NCBI GenBank assembly: GCA_965228475.1
Contig: OZ245817.1
Coordinates: 4,608,001-4,672,000 of the forward strand
DNA from: Myxococcota bacterium
GTDB taxonomy: Bacteria > Myxococcota_A > UBA9160 > JAFDDA01
Length of the DNA: 64,000 bases
Direction: 5' to 3'
The notes beneath the pieces are model-generated. The model ran no database searches and was not told the origin of the DNA. It saw only the letters and a program-made list of their open reading frames with translations. Positions 48,578-57,601 of this stretch are shown here, in pieces. The stretch's first letter is position 1. Each line of letters starts with the position of its first letter. The position numbers were made by a program, and so were the translations under genes.

Positions 48578-49798
48578 CTAGTGCGAGTGCGCGGGGCCGT
48601 CCCCCACGCCTCGGGCCGGCAGCCGCGAGGCGCCCACGACCAGGGGAGCGAGGAGCGCGGCCGCGAACCAGAACGGCGCGCCGGAGTTCATGTCGTAGAG
48701 AATCCCCGCCGCGACCGGTCCGAACACCCGGCCGAGCGACGCGAAGGACTGGAAGGTTCCGAGCACGGAGCCGCGATGTTCGGCCAGCGCCTCGATCGAG
48801 ACGAGGCTCATCAGGGAAGGCTGGATCACGGCGCGCCCCACGGCGGCGAAGGCGAGCGGGACCAGCAGGATCCCGACCGCCCCGGCGAAGGGCACGATCG
48901 CCATGGAAACCGCCAGGACCACGGCGCCCCAGCGGGCAAGGGCGCGCTCCTCGTAGCGGGCCGAGAGCGCCTTCATTCCGCCGCCCTGCACCCCGCCCAT
49001 CAAGACTGCCATCAGGAAGAGGATGCCAGCCACACCCAACAGGTCGTATCCGAAACGGTCGGCCATGAAGAACGCGAAGACGGTCTCGAGTTGAACGACG
49101 GCGAGGCTGAGCGCCAGATTCAGCAGACACAGGAAGCGCACGGAGGGCGTCTTCAGCGCCGCGAACCGGCCGACCCGTTCCGGCCTCGTCGACGCCCGCG
49201 GAGGCTCTTTCAGGGCGAACGCCGCATGGACGAAGTTCAAGGCCGCCAGCGCGCCGGCGGCCACCATCGGCGCGCCATAGCCCCAGTGCCCGAGTAGACC
49301 ACCGAGCACCGGGCCGAGCGTGAAGCCCACCGCAAAGCATGCGCCGAGCATCCCCATGTAGCGCGTTCGCTCGGACTCCTCGGTGACGTCGGTGATGTAG
49401 GCGGAGGCCACGCTGAAGTTCGCGGCGAAGACGCCGGCGAGCGTGCGCGAGAGGAACACAGCCGTGAGCGACCCCGCGAAGCCCAGCCAGAAGAGCGAAG
49501 CCGAGGTCCCCGCGATGGTCATGAGGAGTACGGGGCGGCGGCCGAAGCGATCCGAGAGGCGCCCCCAGATCGGAGCGAAGACGAACTGCGCCGCCGCGTA
49601 GGACGCGAGGATGGCGCCGAGCTCGAGGCCCTCGGCCCCGAACTCCCGCGCCAGGAACGGCAGCACGGGGATCGCGATCCCGAAGCCGATGAGGTCCAGG
49701 ATCACCACGCTGTAGAGGAGCGGAAGGGCGCGCCGCGCGGGATGCGGCTCGGGATTTTCGGGCGAAGGCTCGGGGCTTTCGGGCGGGTCCTGGGTCAC
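48578..49798 (-). CDS. MFS transporter (TetA/DHA1-like)
   Basis: DLIGFGIAIPVLP, GRLSDRFGRRP motif A, 12 TM. Confidence 0.93.
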   Translation of the reverse strand: MTQDPPESPEPSPENPEPHPARRALPLLYSVVILDLIGFGIAIPVLPFLAREFGAEGLELGAILASYAAAQFVFAPIWGRLSDRFGRRPVLLMTIAGTSASLFWLGFAGSLTAVFLSRTLAGVFAANFSVASAYITDVTEESERTRYMGMLGACFAVGFTLGPVLGGLLGHWGYGAPMVAAGALAALNFVHAAFALKEPPRASTRPERVGRFAALKTPSVRFLCLLNLALSLAVVQLETVFAFFMADRFGYDLLGVAGILFLMAVLMGGVQGGGMKALSARYEERALARWGAVVLAVSMAIVPFAGAVGILLVPLAFAAVGRAVIQPSLMSLVSIEALAEHRGSVLGTFQSFASLGRVFGPVAAGILYDMNSGAPFWFAAALLAPLVVGASRLPARGVGDGPAHSH

Positions 49799-49948
49799 GG
49801 CGGGCCTTGGCAGCGTGCGGGGTGCGGTTCGAGCCGCGGAGCATAACCCGCCCCATCCCCAAAACGAATCGGGGCGGCCCGAAGACCGCCCCGACCGTGG
49901 CAACGAGAGCTGCCGGGTGCCCGCGAGGGGAACCCTGGAATGCGCGAG

Positions 49949-50287
49949 CTAACGAATCGGCGACTCGATCTTCGGCATCGAGCCCGTGCGGTGCGACATG
50001 CGGTCCACCTGGGGCTGCGAGCCATCGAAGCTGCCCTTGGCCGGGGGCGCCGGCGGCTTCGCCATGCCCCAGGTCACGCCGTAGCCGATGTTCTTGCAGG
50101 TCGTGCCCGAGTGGAACTCGCCCGAGGGCGACTTCGCCGAGCACGAGCTCACGCTCGAAGCCTCGACGCACTGGAGCGCTTCCTGCTTCACGAACACACA
50201 GGCACCCTCGGCGGCGGCATCGCCGGCCATCGCCAGCGAGAAGGCCGCGGGGGCCAGAACCGTAAGAACGAAACGATGAATCTTCAT
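49949..50287 (-). CDS. small secreted 4-Cys hypothetical protein
   Basis: Signal peptide ending AAA-E; GACV...C...C...TC; GGAG SD. Confidence 0.7.
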   Translation of the reverse strand: MKIHRFVLTVLAPAAFSLAMAGDAAAEGACVFVKQEALQCVEASSVSSCSAKSPSGEFHSGTTCKNIGYGVTWGMAKPPAPPAKGSFDGSQPQVDRMSHRTGSMPKIESPIR

Positions 50288-50432
50288 GAGAGGTCTCCGC
50301 AGTGAAGTGGCCTCTCCTGAATCGGCGAACCGGTGATTTCGGGTGTGAAGCGGCGCACCCGGGGCCTGTGAGCGAGCGCACGGATCCCGCGGAAGTGTCC
50401 AGGGACCTCCACGAAGATGGGGCCGCGCGGCC

Positions 50433-51203
50433 CTAGCCCATCCAGGACCCGCAGTTCGGGTCGAGGGCCTGGCCCGTGAAGGCGATGCCGGCCGGGCCCA
50501 TCAGGAAGGCGACGGTCTCGGCGATCTCCGAGGGCTCGCTCATCCGCTTCAAGGGGACGAGGTCGATCGCGCCGGCGCGCGCCTCTTCGAAGCTCTCGCC
50601 CGTCGCGTCGGCGATGCCCTGCATGCCGGCCCGGGCCATCTCCGTATCGACCCAGCCCGGGCAGATGGCGTTCACGAGCACGCCGCGGTCGGCCCACTCG
50701 AGGGCGAGCGCGCGCGTCATGCCGAGCAGCCCCGCCTTGCTCGCGCAGTAGGCCGTGTAGCCGGGCACGCCGAAGCGGGCGAGGCACGAGGAGATGAGGA
50801 CCGCGTGGCGCGGCTCGGGGCCGGGCGCGAGCTGCTGCTCGAAGGCCCGGATGGAGTGGTAGGTGCCGTCGAGGTTCGTTCGCACGACCTCGTCCCAGCG
50901 GTCCTCGGGGCCGGGCTCGTTCGGGCCGCCGGCGCCGGCGTTCGCGACGAGCGCGTGCAACGGACCGAAGCTCGCGCTCACTTCCTCGAAGGCCGCTGCC
51001 TGCGCCTCGGCTTCCCGGACGTCGACCGAGACGACGTGCGTCTTGCCGGGCGCTTCGGCGGCGACCTCGTCGAGCAGCGCCTTGCGGCGACCGAGCAGCG
51101 CGACGTTCGCGCCCGCACCCGAGAGCCGAAGCGCGATCGCGCGCCCGATCCCCGTCCCTGCACCCGTCACGACGACGTTCCGTCCTTCGAAGCTCATCTT
51201 CAC
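50433..51203 (-). CDS. SDR family oxidoreductase
   Basis: TGAGTGIG, ANAG, YCASK, PGWVDT. Confidence 0.95.
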   Translation of the reverse strand: MKMSFEGRNVVVTGAGTGIGRAIALRLSGAGANVALLGRRKALLDEVAAEAPGKTHVVSVDVREAEAQAAAFEEVSASFGPLHALVANAGAGGPNEPGPEDRWDEVVRTNLDGTYHSIRAFEQQLAPGPEPRHAVLISSCLARFGVPGYTAYCASKAGLLGMTRALALEWADRGVLVNAICPGWVDTEMARAGMQGIADATGESFEEARAGAIDLVPLKRMSEPSEIAETVAFLMGPAGIAFTGQALDPNCGSWMG

Positions 51204-53980
51204 TCCTCTCCGATCCCGACGGCGGCTATCACCTGCGGGAGCTGCTCGGGCGCGATCGCCTCGACGCGGCAGTCCGGCGGCATCGCCTCCGACAGCCTCG
51301 CAAAGTATCGCTTGTCCGTTCGCCCCTCGACGATCACGACGACGCCGCGGTCCTCTTCACTGCGGATCAGACGGCCCACCATCTGCTTCAGGTTCAAGAG
51401 CATCTTCCCGAGCGTGTAGCGGTTGAAGACGTTCATGCCGGACTCTTCGAGCCGCGCCTGCCGCCGCTTGCGAAGCTCCGTCGGCACCTCGAAGGGGAGC
51501 TTCTCGATCACGACGGCCTGGAGATCGACGCCCGGGATGTCGAGCCCCTGCCAGAACTTCCGGGCACCGAGCAAGACCGCCGGGCCGCCGTTCTTGAATC
51601 GCTCGACGAGCGCGTGGGGATCGTCCGAGGCGCGGCGCGGCGAGAGCACCTCGATGCCTTCGTCGCGGAGCTCCTCCGAAAGACGCGCGGCGACCTGGTT
51701 CATGCGCGCGAGGCTCGTGAAGAGGCCGAGGGTGCGCCCGCGAAGCTGCCGGGCCAGCACGGCGAGCGCCGCGGCGGTGTCTTCGACCAGGTCCCCGCTG
51801 CGGTCGAAGGCGACGGCGCGCATGTGCTCCGCGTACGGGAACGGGCTCGGCACCGAGACGCGCGAGAGGCGATCGCCCGAACGCGACTCGACCCCGAGCT
51901 CTCCGAGCGAGGCAAAGGCGTTGCCTCCGATGAAGACCGAGGCGGAGACCCCCGCGAAGGACCGCAGCTTCTCGAGGAAGTTCTCCGCGAAGGGTTCTTC
52001 GAGCGAGACGGTGTGGATCGAGAGCCGCCAGCGGTCGAAGGGCCGCTCGAGGCGGCTGAAGGCCGCGACCGCATCGGCGGAGGGCTCGACCAGCGCACGG
52101 TGGAGGCCGTCGCAGGCCTGGCGGAGATCCGCCGCCGCCCGGGCGAGGGCCGCGGACTCCTCGCCGGGTGCGTCGTCCGCCAGCCGGCCGACCTCGTCGG
52201 CCACGCCCGCGAGCCGCTCCGAGGCAACGGCGGCGAGGCGCGCGGGCTCGTTCCAGCTGCCGTCGCGGTCGAGGGGCACGTCGACTTCGCCGAAGTGGTT
52301 GGCGACGGGCACCAGCGACTTCCCGAGCGCGACGAGATCCTGCTGCACGCCGCGGCGCCAGGCCACGGCATCCTTGGCGAGGGAGCGGCGCGCGCCCGCC
52401 GGCGCCAGGGCTCCCCGCCGCTTCTTCTCGCCGGGGCGGCCGAAGACCTCGTCGATGCGATCGAGCACCTCCTCGGGGCGGACCTCGAGAGCGTAGACGT
52501 CGTCGGCAACGTCGCCGAGCTCGTGGACCTCGTCGACGATGCAATGGTCGAAGGCCGGGTAGTCCGGCGGCCAGCGCAGGAGGAGGTCGTGATTCGCGAC
52601 GATGACCTGGGCCTTGGCGAGCGCCGCGCGCTTGGCCCCGAACGGGCACGATGCCTGGTGCGCGCACTGTTCGCGGCTGCACTGCTCGGCGCGCGGCGCG
52701 ACGGAGCGGCGCAGGAGATCCCGCAGCGGCGGATAGCGGCGCAGGAGCGCCGCCGGCACCGTCCCGACCTCGCCGAAGGGCCGCGTGCCCGCGCAGGCGG
52801 CGAGGGTCGCGTAGGCCAGCCGATCCTGGGGGAAGATGCTCGCCTCCGCCCCCTCCGCCAGAACGCCGACGAGCTTCCGCTCGCACACGTAGTTCGCGCG
52901 TCCCTTGATCGAGAGCGCGCGCAGCCCCGGATGGCCGAGGAAGCGGGCCGCCGCCGGGATGTCCTTCGCGAGGAGCTGATCCTGGAGCAGCTTGGTGCGC
53001 GTAGCGACGACGACCGGGACCTTCTCGCCCCGCGCCTCGGCCGCCATCACGAAGGGAATCGCCGCCGCGAGGTACGCCAGCGACTTCCCGACGCCCGTCC
53101 CGCCTTCGAGCAGCAGCACGCCATCGTCGGCCAGGTTGCGTGCGAACTCGCGGGCGAGACGGATCTGCGGCTCGCGCACGCGGTAGCCGCTGAAGTGGCG
53201 CTGGCCGCGCGCTTCGTCGGCGAGGGCGGCGGCGATCGCATCCTCCTCGAAGGGCACCGGCTCTTCGGCGGTCTCGCCGACGACGACGAAGCTCGGCTGC
53301 GGCGCCGGCTCCCCTTGCGCGGCCTCCTTCCCGAGAAGCGCGAGCCACTCGGAGTCCGGCGCGAAGCGCGCGAGCGCCGTCCGGGCCTCCGCGTAGCGCC
53401 GTTCACCCGTCCCGGCACCGACCCCGATGCGCGACATCACGCGGGCCGTATCGAGGGCGTCGTCGAGCGCGCGGTGGTTCTCCTCGGTACCGAGCAACGC
53501 GCGGGTGAAGGACTCGAGGCGGAGGTCCGGCGCATCGGGGTGGGTCGCGGCGAGCAGATCCTGGGTGTCGAGGTACTGCGCGCCGCCGAGCGACTCGTCC
53601 ACCTCGCGCGAGAGGAAATGCCGCTCGAACTCCGCGTTGTGCGCGATCAGGGTGCGCCCGGCCAACGCCTCGGCGAGGCCCTCCCGGAGCTCCGCCAGCG
53701 GCGGCGCATCCGCGACGTCCGCATCCGAGAGGCCCGTGATGTGCTGGATGAGCTGGGGGATCTCGCCCTTCGGGCGGACGAGACTCGCGAGCGTCCGGAC
53801 GTCGCGCCGGCCCGGGTCCACGAGCACCGCCCCGAACTCGAGGATCTCGCTTCCGGCCGCGTCCATCAGGCCGGTCGTCTCGAGGTCGACGATGGCGAGC
53901 GGCCCGGCGGCCTCGGCGAGGCGGCCGAGCGCATCGGCGTCGAGGCCCAGGCTCTCGGCCGCGTGCTCTTCGAGCTCCAT
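51200..53980 (-). CDS. dinG: DEDDh 3'-5' exonuclease - DinG family helicase fusion
   Basis: DLETTG/AHNAEFE/HRALDDA exonuclease; GGTGVGKS, KGRANYVC, DEVH, LFTS, FWQGLD, KQMVGRLIR helicase motifs. Confidence 0.9.
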   Translation of the reverse strand: MELEEHAAESLGLDADALGRLAEAAGPLAIVDLETTGLMDAAGSEILEFGAVLVDPGRRDVRTLASLVRPKGEIPQLIQHITGLSDADVADAPPLAELREGLAEALAGRTLIAHNAEFERHFLSREVDESLGGAQYLDTQDLLAATHPDAPDLRLESFTRALLGTEENHRALDDALDTARVMSRIGVGAGTGERRYAEARTALARFAPDSEWLALLGKEAAQGEPAPQPSFVVVGETAEEPVPFEEDAIAAALADEARGQRHFSGYRVREPQIRLAREFARNLADDGVLLLEGGTGVGKSLAYLAAAIPFVMAAEARGEKVPVVVATRTKLLQDQLLAKDIPAAARFLGHPGLRALSIKGRANYVCERKLVGVLAEGAEASIFPQDRLAYATLAACAGTRPFGEVGTVPAALLRRYPPLRDLLRRSVAPRAEQCSREQCAHQASCPFGAKRAALAKAQVIVANHDLLLRWPPDYPAFDHCIVDEVHELGDVADDVYALEVRPEEVLDRIDEVFGRPGEKKRRGALAPAGARRSLAKDAVAWRRGVQQDLVALGKSLVPVANHFGEVDVPLDRDGSWNEPARLAAVASERLAGVADEVGRLADDAPGEESAALARAAADLRQACDGLHRALVEPSADAVAAFSRLERPFDRWRLSIHTVSLEEPFAENFLEKLRSFAGVSASVFIGGNAFASLGELGVESRSGDRLSRVSVPSPFPYAEHMRAVAFDRSGDLVEDTAAALAVLARQLRGRTLGLFTSLARMNQVAARLSEELRDEGIEVLSPRRASDDPHALVERFKNGGPAVLLGARKFWQGLDIPGVDLQAVVIEKLPFEVPTELRKRRQARLEESGMNVFNRYTLGKMLLNLKQMVGRLIRSEEDRGVVVIVEGRTDKRYFARLSEAMPPDCRVEAIAPEQLPQVIAAVGIGEE

Positions 53981-53987
53981 GGGTGGC

Positions 53988-55640
53988 CTAGACGTAGATG
54001 CCGCCCTTGTACTCGCGGTCCTGGCGGATGACGACGTTGATCAGCGCCGGCTTGCCGGAGGCCGCGGCGCGATCGAGCGCCGGCCGGATCTCCTCCGGCC
54101 GCTCGACGAACTCGCCGTGCCCACCCAGCGCCTCGACCACCTTGTCGTAGCGGGTGAAGTTCAGGAGCGTGCCCTGGAGCCGGTCCCAGCCGTAGACCGC
54201 GCCCTGGGGCCGCATCATCTGCCCCCAGGCGCCATCGTTGCCGACGATGCCGAGGATCGGCAGGTCGTGACGCACGGCGGTGTCGTATTCGAAGCCGTTC
54301 AGCCCGAAGGAACCATCGCCGTAGACGATCATCACGCGCTTGTCCGGGTGCGAAGCCTGGGCCGCGAGGGCGAAGGGCATGCCCACGCCGAGCGTTCCGA
54401 GCGGGCCCGGATCCATCCACGCGCCCTCGCTCGGCACGGGCAGGATCTTCGCCGCGGTCGCGACGATGTCGCCGCCGTCACCGATGGTGATGAAGTCTTC
54501 ACTGCGCTCGGCCATCCAGTCGCGCAGCTCGCGGCACATGCGCTGGGGGTCGATCGGGACCTCGTCGCTGTTCAGGTTCTCCTCGACGGCCGCCGCAGCG
54601 GTGGCCTCGATCTCGCGAAGCTGATCGCGCCAGCCCGAGTAGTCGAGGTGCGTACCCGTGTTCTTGAGCTCCTCGAGCAGCAGATCGAACGAGCATGCGA
54701 GGTTGCCCACCAGTGCCACGTCCGAGGCGCGGTTCTGTCCGATCAGCGTGGCGTCCATGTCGAGCTGCACGATGTTCGCGTCTTCGGGAATCGACTGACC
54801 GAAGCGCATGCGGAAGTCGAGCAGCGTGCCCGCGAGGATCACGCAGTCGCTCTGCTTGAGCGCGTCGCGCCGCGAGCGGTTGCCGAACTCCGGCAGGTCC
54901 GGCGGAACCGTGCCGCGGCCCATGCCGTTCGTGAAGACCGGGATGTGGGTCTCGCGCACGAAGTTCACGAGCTGCTGGCTCGCGCGCGACCACTTCACGC
55001 TCGTCCCGGCCATCACCATCGGGCGCTCGGACTTCGCGATCAGCTCGAGCGCGCGGCGCACTTCGTCGCGGTCCGGCGAGAGGCGCGGCGGCTCGGTCCG
55101 GATGTACTTGGGGATCGGCGCCTGCTCCCACTCGGACTGGCCCATGAACACGTCCATGGGAATCTCGAGATAGGCGGGGCCGGGAACGCCCGAAACCGCG
55201 TGGCGGATCGCCAGCTCGATGTACTCGGGAATGCGGTGCGTCTGGTAGATGGCGTCGGCGTACTTCGTGATCGGCTTCACGACGCCGATGTGGTCCATTT
55301 CCTGGAGCGAACCGCGGCGGAGGTTCGCGAAGGGACCCTGGCCGCCGAAGACGAGGATCGGCGAGTTCGCCCGCCAGGCGTTGGCGATGCCGGTGACTCC
55401 GTCGGTGACGCCGGGGCCCGCGGTGATGGCGGCGACGCCGATCTTCCCCGGGTTGCAGCGCGCCCAGGCGTCCGCGGCGTGGACGGCGGCCTGCTCGTGC
55501 CGCACGTCGATGATGCGGATGCCTTCGTCGATGCAGCCGTCGTAGAGCGGCATGATGTGGCCGCCCGAGAGGGTGAACATGCATTCGACGCCGGCCTTCT
55601 TGAGGGCTTTGGCTGCGAGTTTTCCGCCGTGTACGGGCAT
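53988..55640 (-). CDS. TPP-dependent enzyme (acetolactate synthase / 2-hydroxyacyl-CoA lyase-like)
   Basis: VRHEQAA, TAGPG, GTLGVG, GDGSFG...GND TPP motif. Confidence 0.9.
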   Translation of the reverse strand: MPVHGGKLAAKALKKAGVECMFTLSGGHIMPLYDGCIDEGIRIIDVRHEQAAVHAADAWARCNPGKIGVAAITAGPGVTDGVTGIANAWRANSPILVFGGQGPFANLRRGSLQEMDHIGVVKPITKYADAIYQTHRIPEYIELAIRHAVSGVPGPAYLEIPMDVFMGQSEWEQAPIPKYIRTEPPRLSPDRDEVRRALELIAKSERPMVMAGTSVKWSRASQQLVNFVRETHIPVFTNGMGRGTVPPDLPEFGNRSRRDALKQSDCVILAGTLLDFRMRFGQSIPEDANIVQLDMDATLIGQNRASDVALVGNLACSFDLLLEELKNTGTHLDYSGWRDQLREIEATAAAAVEENLNSDEVPIDPQRMCRELRDWMAERSEDFITIGDGGDIVATAAKILPVPSEGAWMDPGPLGTLGVGMPFALAAQASHPDKRVMIVYGDGSFGLNGFEYDTAVRHDLPILGIVGNDGAWGQMMRPQGAVYGWDRLQGTLLNFTRYDKVVEALGGHGEFVERPEEIRPALDRAAASGKPALINVVIRQDREYKGGIYV

Positions 55641-55841
55641 GGGTGGGTCCTTTTTTCGTTGGGCGGGCAAAGTACCACAGCGGCCGCCAACGGCGGAATA
55701 GGGGATGGCCTGGCAATCCAAGAGTTCTGGATGGGCCGGCAAACCGTTTGGTTTCGCCTTCGGCGACCCCTGAGCCCCTGCCCTGAACCCGCCCGTCGGA
55801 CCTCGGAGTAGAGCGCCGACACCGACGCATATGGGGGAACG

Positions 55842-55880
55842 AAAAAACGGGGCCAGCCTTTGGCTGGCCCCGTTTTTTTT
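55842..55880. terminator. intrinsic terminator (bidirectional), serving pal on the minus strand
   Basis: AAAAAACGGGGCCAGCC-TTT-GGCTGGCCCCGTTTTTTTT, a perfect GC stem flanked by A and T runs. Confidence 0.92.
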
Positions 55881-55903
55881 GGGGTCTGCGCTGCCGTCGG
55901 TGG

Positions 55904-56491
55904 CTAGCGGCTGACTTGGAATTCGGCTCGGCGGTTGTGTTTCCAGGCGGTTTCGTCGTGGCCCTGGACCTGGGGTTTGAGTTCGCCGTAGCTGACGGTT
56001 CGGATGCGGTCGGCCGGGACGCCGAGCGTCACGAGGTAGCGCTTCACGGCGTCCGCGCGGCGGTCGCCGAGGGCGAGGTTGTACTCCTCGGTCCCGCGCT
56101 CGTCGCAGTGGCCTTCGATCGTGATGAGCGCCCAGGTCGGGAAGCTCCGGATCGTCTCGGCGTGGCTCTTGAGCTTGGCCGCGGCGTCCGGGCGCAGGGT
56201 CGAGCGGTCGTAGTCGAAGTAGATGGCGTCGAGCGTCTGCTGCATCTGCTCGGTCTGGGCGTCCTGGCTGCCCACGACGGCGCCCGCGGCGCTACCGCCC
56301 TGCATCGCTCCGCTGCCGCCCGTCGAATCGTCGACGGATTCACCGCGGACTCCGCCCGGATCGTCCCAGGAGCTCGAGCCCCCGATGTCCGTCTGGCCCT
56401 CGGTTTCCGGGTCCGGCGTGGAAGCACATGCGAGCACCAGGCTCGCGGCAGCGACCGCTGCGATCGACGTTCTGAAGATGGATCGTCGCAC
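55904..56491 (-). CDS. pal: peptidoglycan-associated lipoprotein
   Basis: VLAC lipobox; IYFDYD, IEGHCDERGTEEYNLALGDRRA, SYGE, NRR; CAGGAG SD. Confidence 0.9.
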   Translation of the reverse strand: MRRSIFRTSIAAVAAASLVLACASTPDPETEGQTDIGGSSSWDDPGGVRGESVDDSTGGSGAMQGGSAAGAVVGSQDAQTEQMQQTLDAIYFDYDRSTLRPDAAAKLKSHAETIRSFPTWALITIEGHCDERGTEEYNLALGDRRADAVKRYLVTLGVPADRIRTVSYGELKPQVQGHDETAWKHNRRAEFQVSR

Positions 56492-56748
56492 CAGAATCTC
56501 CTGTTGGGGGGAGACCTCGGAGTTGGGTCTCGCGTCGATGCCCCATCGGCACGACGCGCGTTCGCCCGTATGCTCCCAACCCCTCGTTTTATCGCGCTTA
56601 TGATGGAGTCTCGGCAACTCCGAAGCAAGTTGTCCCGAAAGCTTCCGATGCCGCACGGGCTCCCCGAGTTCGGCCTCCGGGCGAATTCCTGCTCCCCGGC
56701 GGGGGGAGAAACCCCTTCTCCGGGGCACCAGGCCGCAGCGGCTCCCGG

Positions 56749-57531
56749 CTACCGCCCCTCGAAGCGCGGCGGGCGCTTCTCGAGGAAAGCCCGGATGCCT
56801 TCCTGGTAGTCCTCGGACGCGAAGCAGGCGCGAATGGCGTCCCGGACGCTCGCGGGGTCGCGCTCGGCGGGCTCGCGGCCGTAGTCCTCGATCACCCGCT
56901 TGGCAGCGCGCAGGGTGAGCGGGGCGTTGCTCGCAATGGTCGCGGCGAGCTCGCGCACCCGGGCCTCGAGCCCCGCCGCCGGGTGGACCTCCGCCAGGAG
57001 GCCGAGGCGGTAGGCCTCCTCGGCGCCGAAGCGCCGGGCGGAGAAGAAGAGGTCCTTGGCCGTGGCCGGCCCGACCAGCCGAACCAGGGTCCGCAGGCTC
57101 TCGGCCGGGTAGCCGAGGCCGAGCCGCCCGGCCGGGACGCCGAACTTCGCGTCCTCCGAAGCGATCCGGAGGTCCGCGTGGATGGCGATGGCCATGCCGC
57201 CGCCGACGCAGAAGCCGTGGATCATGGCGATCAGCGGCTTCGAGAACGCGGCGAGGGCGCCGAAGGCGACGGCGTTGCGCTCCTCGTAGGCCATGGCGCC
57301 GTCACCCGAACGCTGCTCCTGGAACTCGGAGATGTCGGCGCCGGAGACGAAGGCCTGCTCGCCCGCACCGCGCAGAATGGCGACGCGGATCTCGGGGTCC
57401 GCATCGAGCTCCTGCGCAGCGCCGGGGATGGCGTCCCACATGGCGCGGTTGATGGCGTTGCGCCGCTCCGGGTGGTCGAAGACGATCCAACCGAGCGGCC
57501 CTTCCTTCTCGACGCGGACGCTTCCGGGCAT
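56749..57531 (-). CDS. enoyl-CoA hydratase/isomerase family protein
   Basis: RRNAI, FVSGADISE, GFCVGGG, DYQEGIRAFLEKRPPRF. Confidence 0.95.
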   Translation of the reverse strand: MPGSVRVEKEGPLGWIVFDHPERRNAINRAMWDAIPGAAQELDADPEIRVAILRGAGEQAFVSGADISEFQEQRSGDGAMAYEERNAVAFGALAAFSKPLIAMIHGFCVGGGMAIAIHADLRIASEDAKFGVPAGRLGLGYPAESLRTLVRLVGPATAKDLFFSARRFGAEEAYRLGLLAEVHPAAGLEARVRELAATIASNAPLTLRAAKRVIEDYGREPAERDPASVRDAIRACFASEDYQEGIRAFLEKRPPRFEGR

Positions 57532-57601
57532 GGCGGCGAGGCTAGCAGGGACGCCCACGCCTGGGCGCCGGGGCCGAGGGCGGTGCTGCTAGGATGCCCG
57601 C

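Noticed and set aside
51200..53980. Exonuclease-DinG fusion as a novel or CRISPR type IV-associated helicase
   Set aside because: This fusion is already known from Firmicutes DinG, and no cas genes are nearby.
55735..55770. c-di-GMP-I riboswitch (GGCAAACC seed)
   Set aside because: Lacks the GAAA tetraloop, GACGCAAAG and P2 elements, and is on the wrong strand for the neighbouring gene.
55767..55794. G-quadruplex motif (five G3+ tracts on the minus strand) upstream of the TPP enzyme gene
   Set aside because: Plausible by chance in such GC-rich DNA; no supporting evidence.
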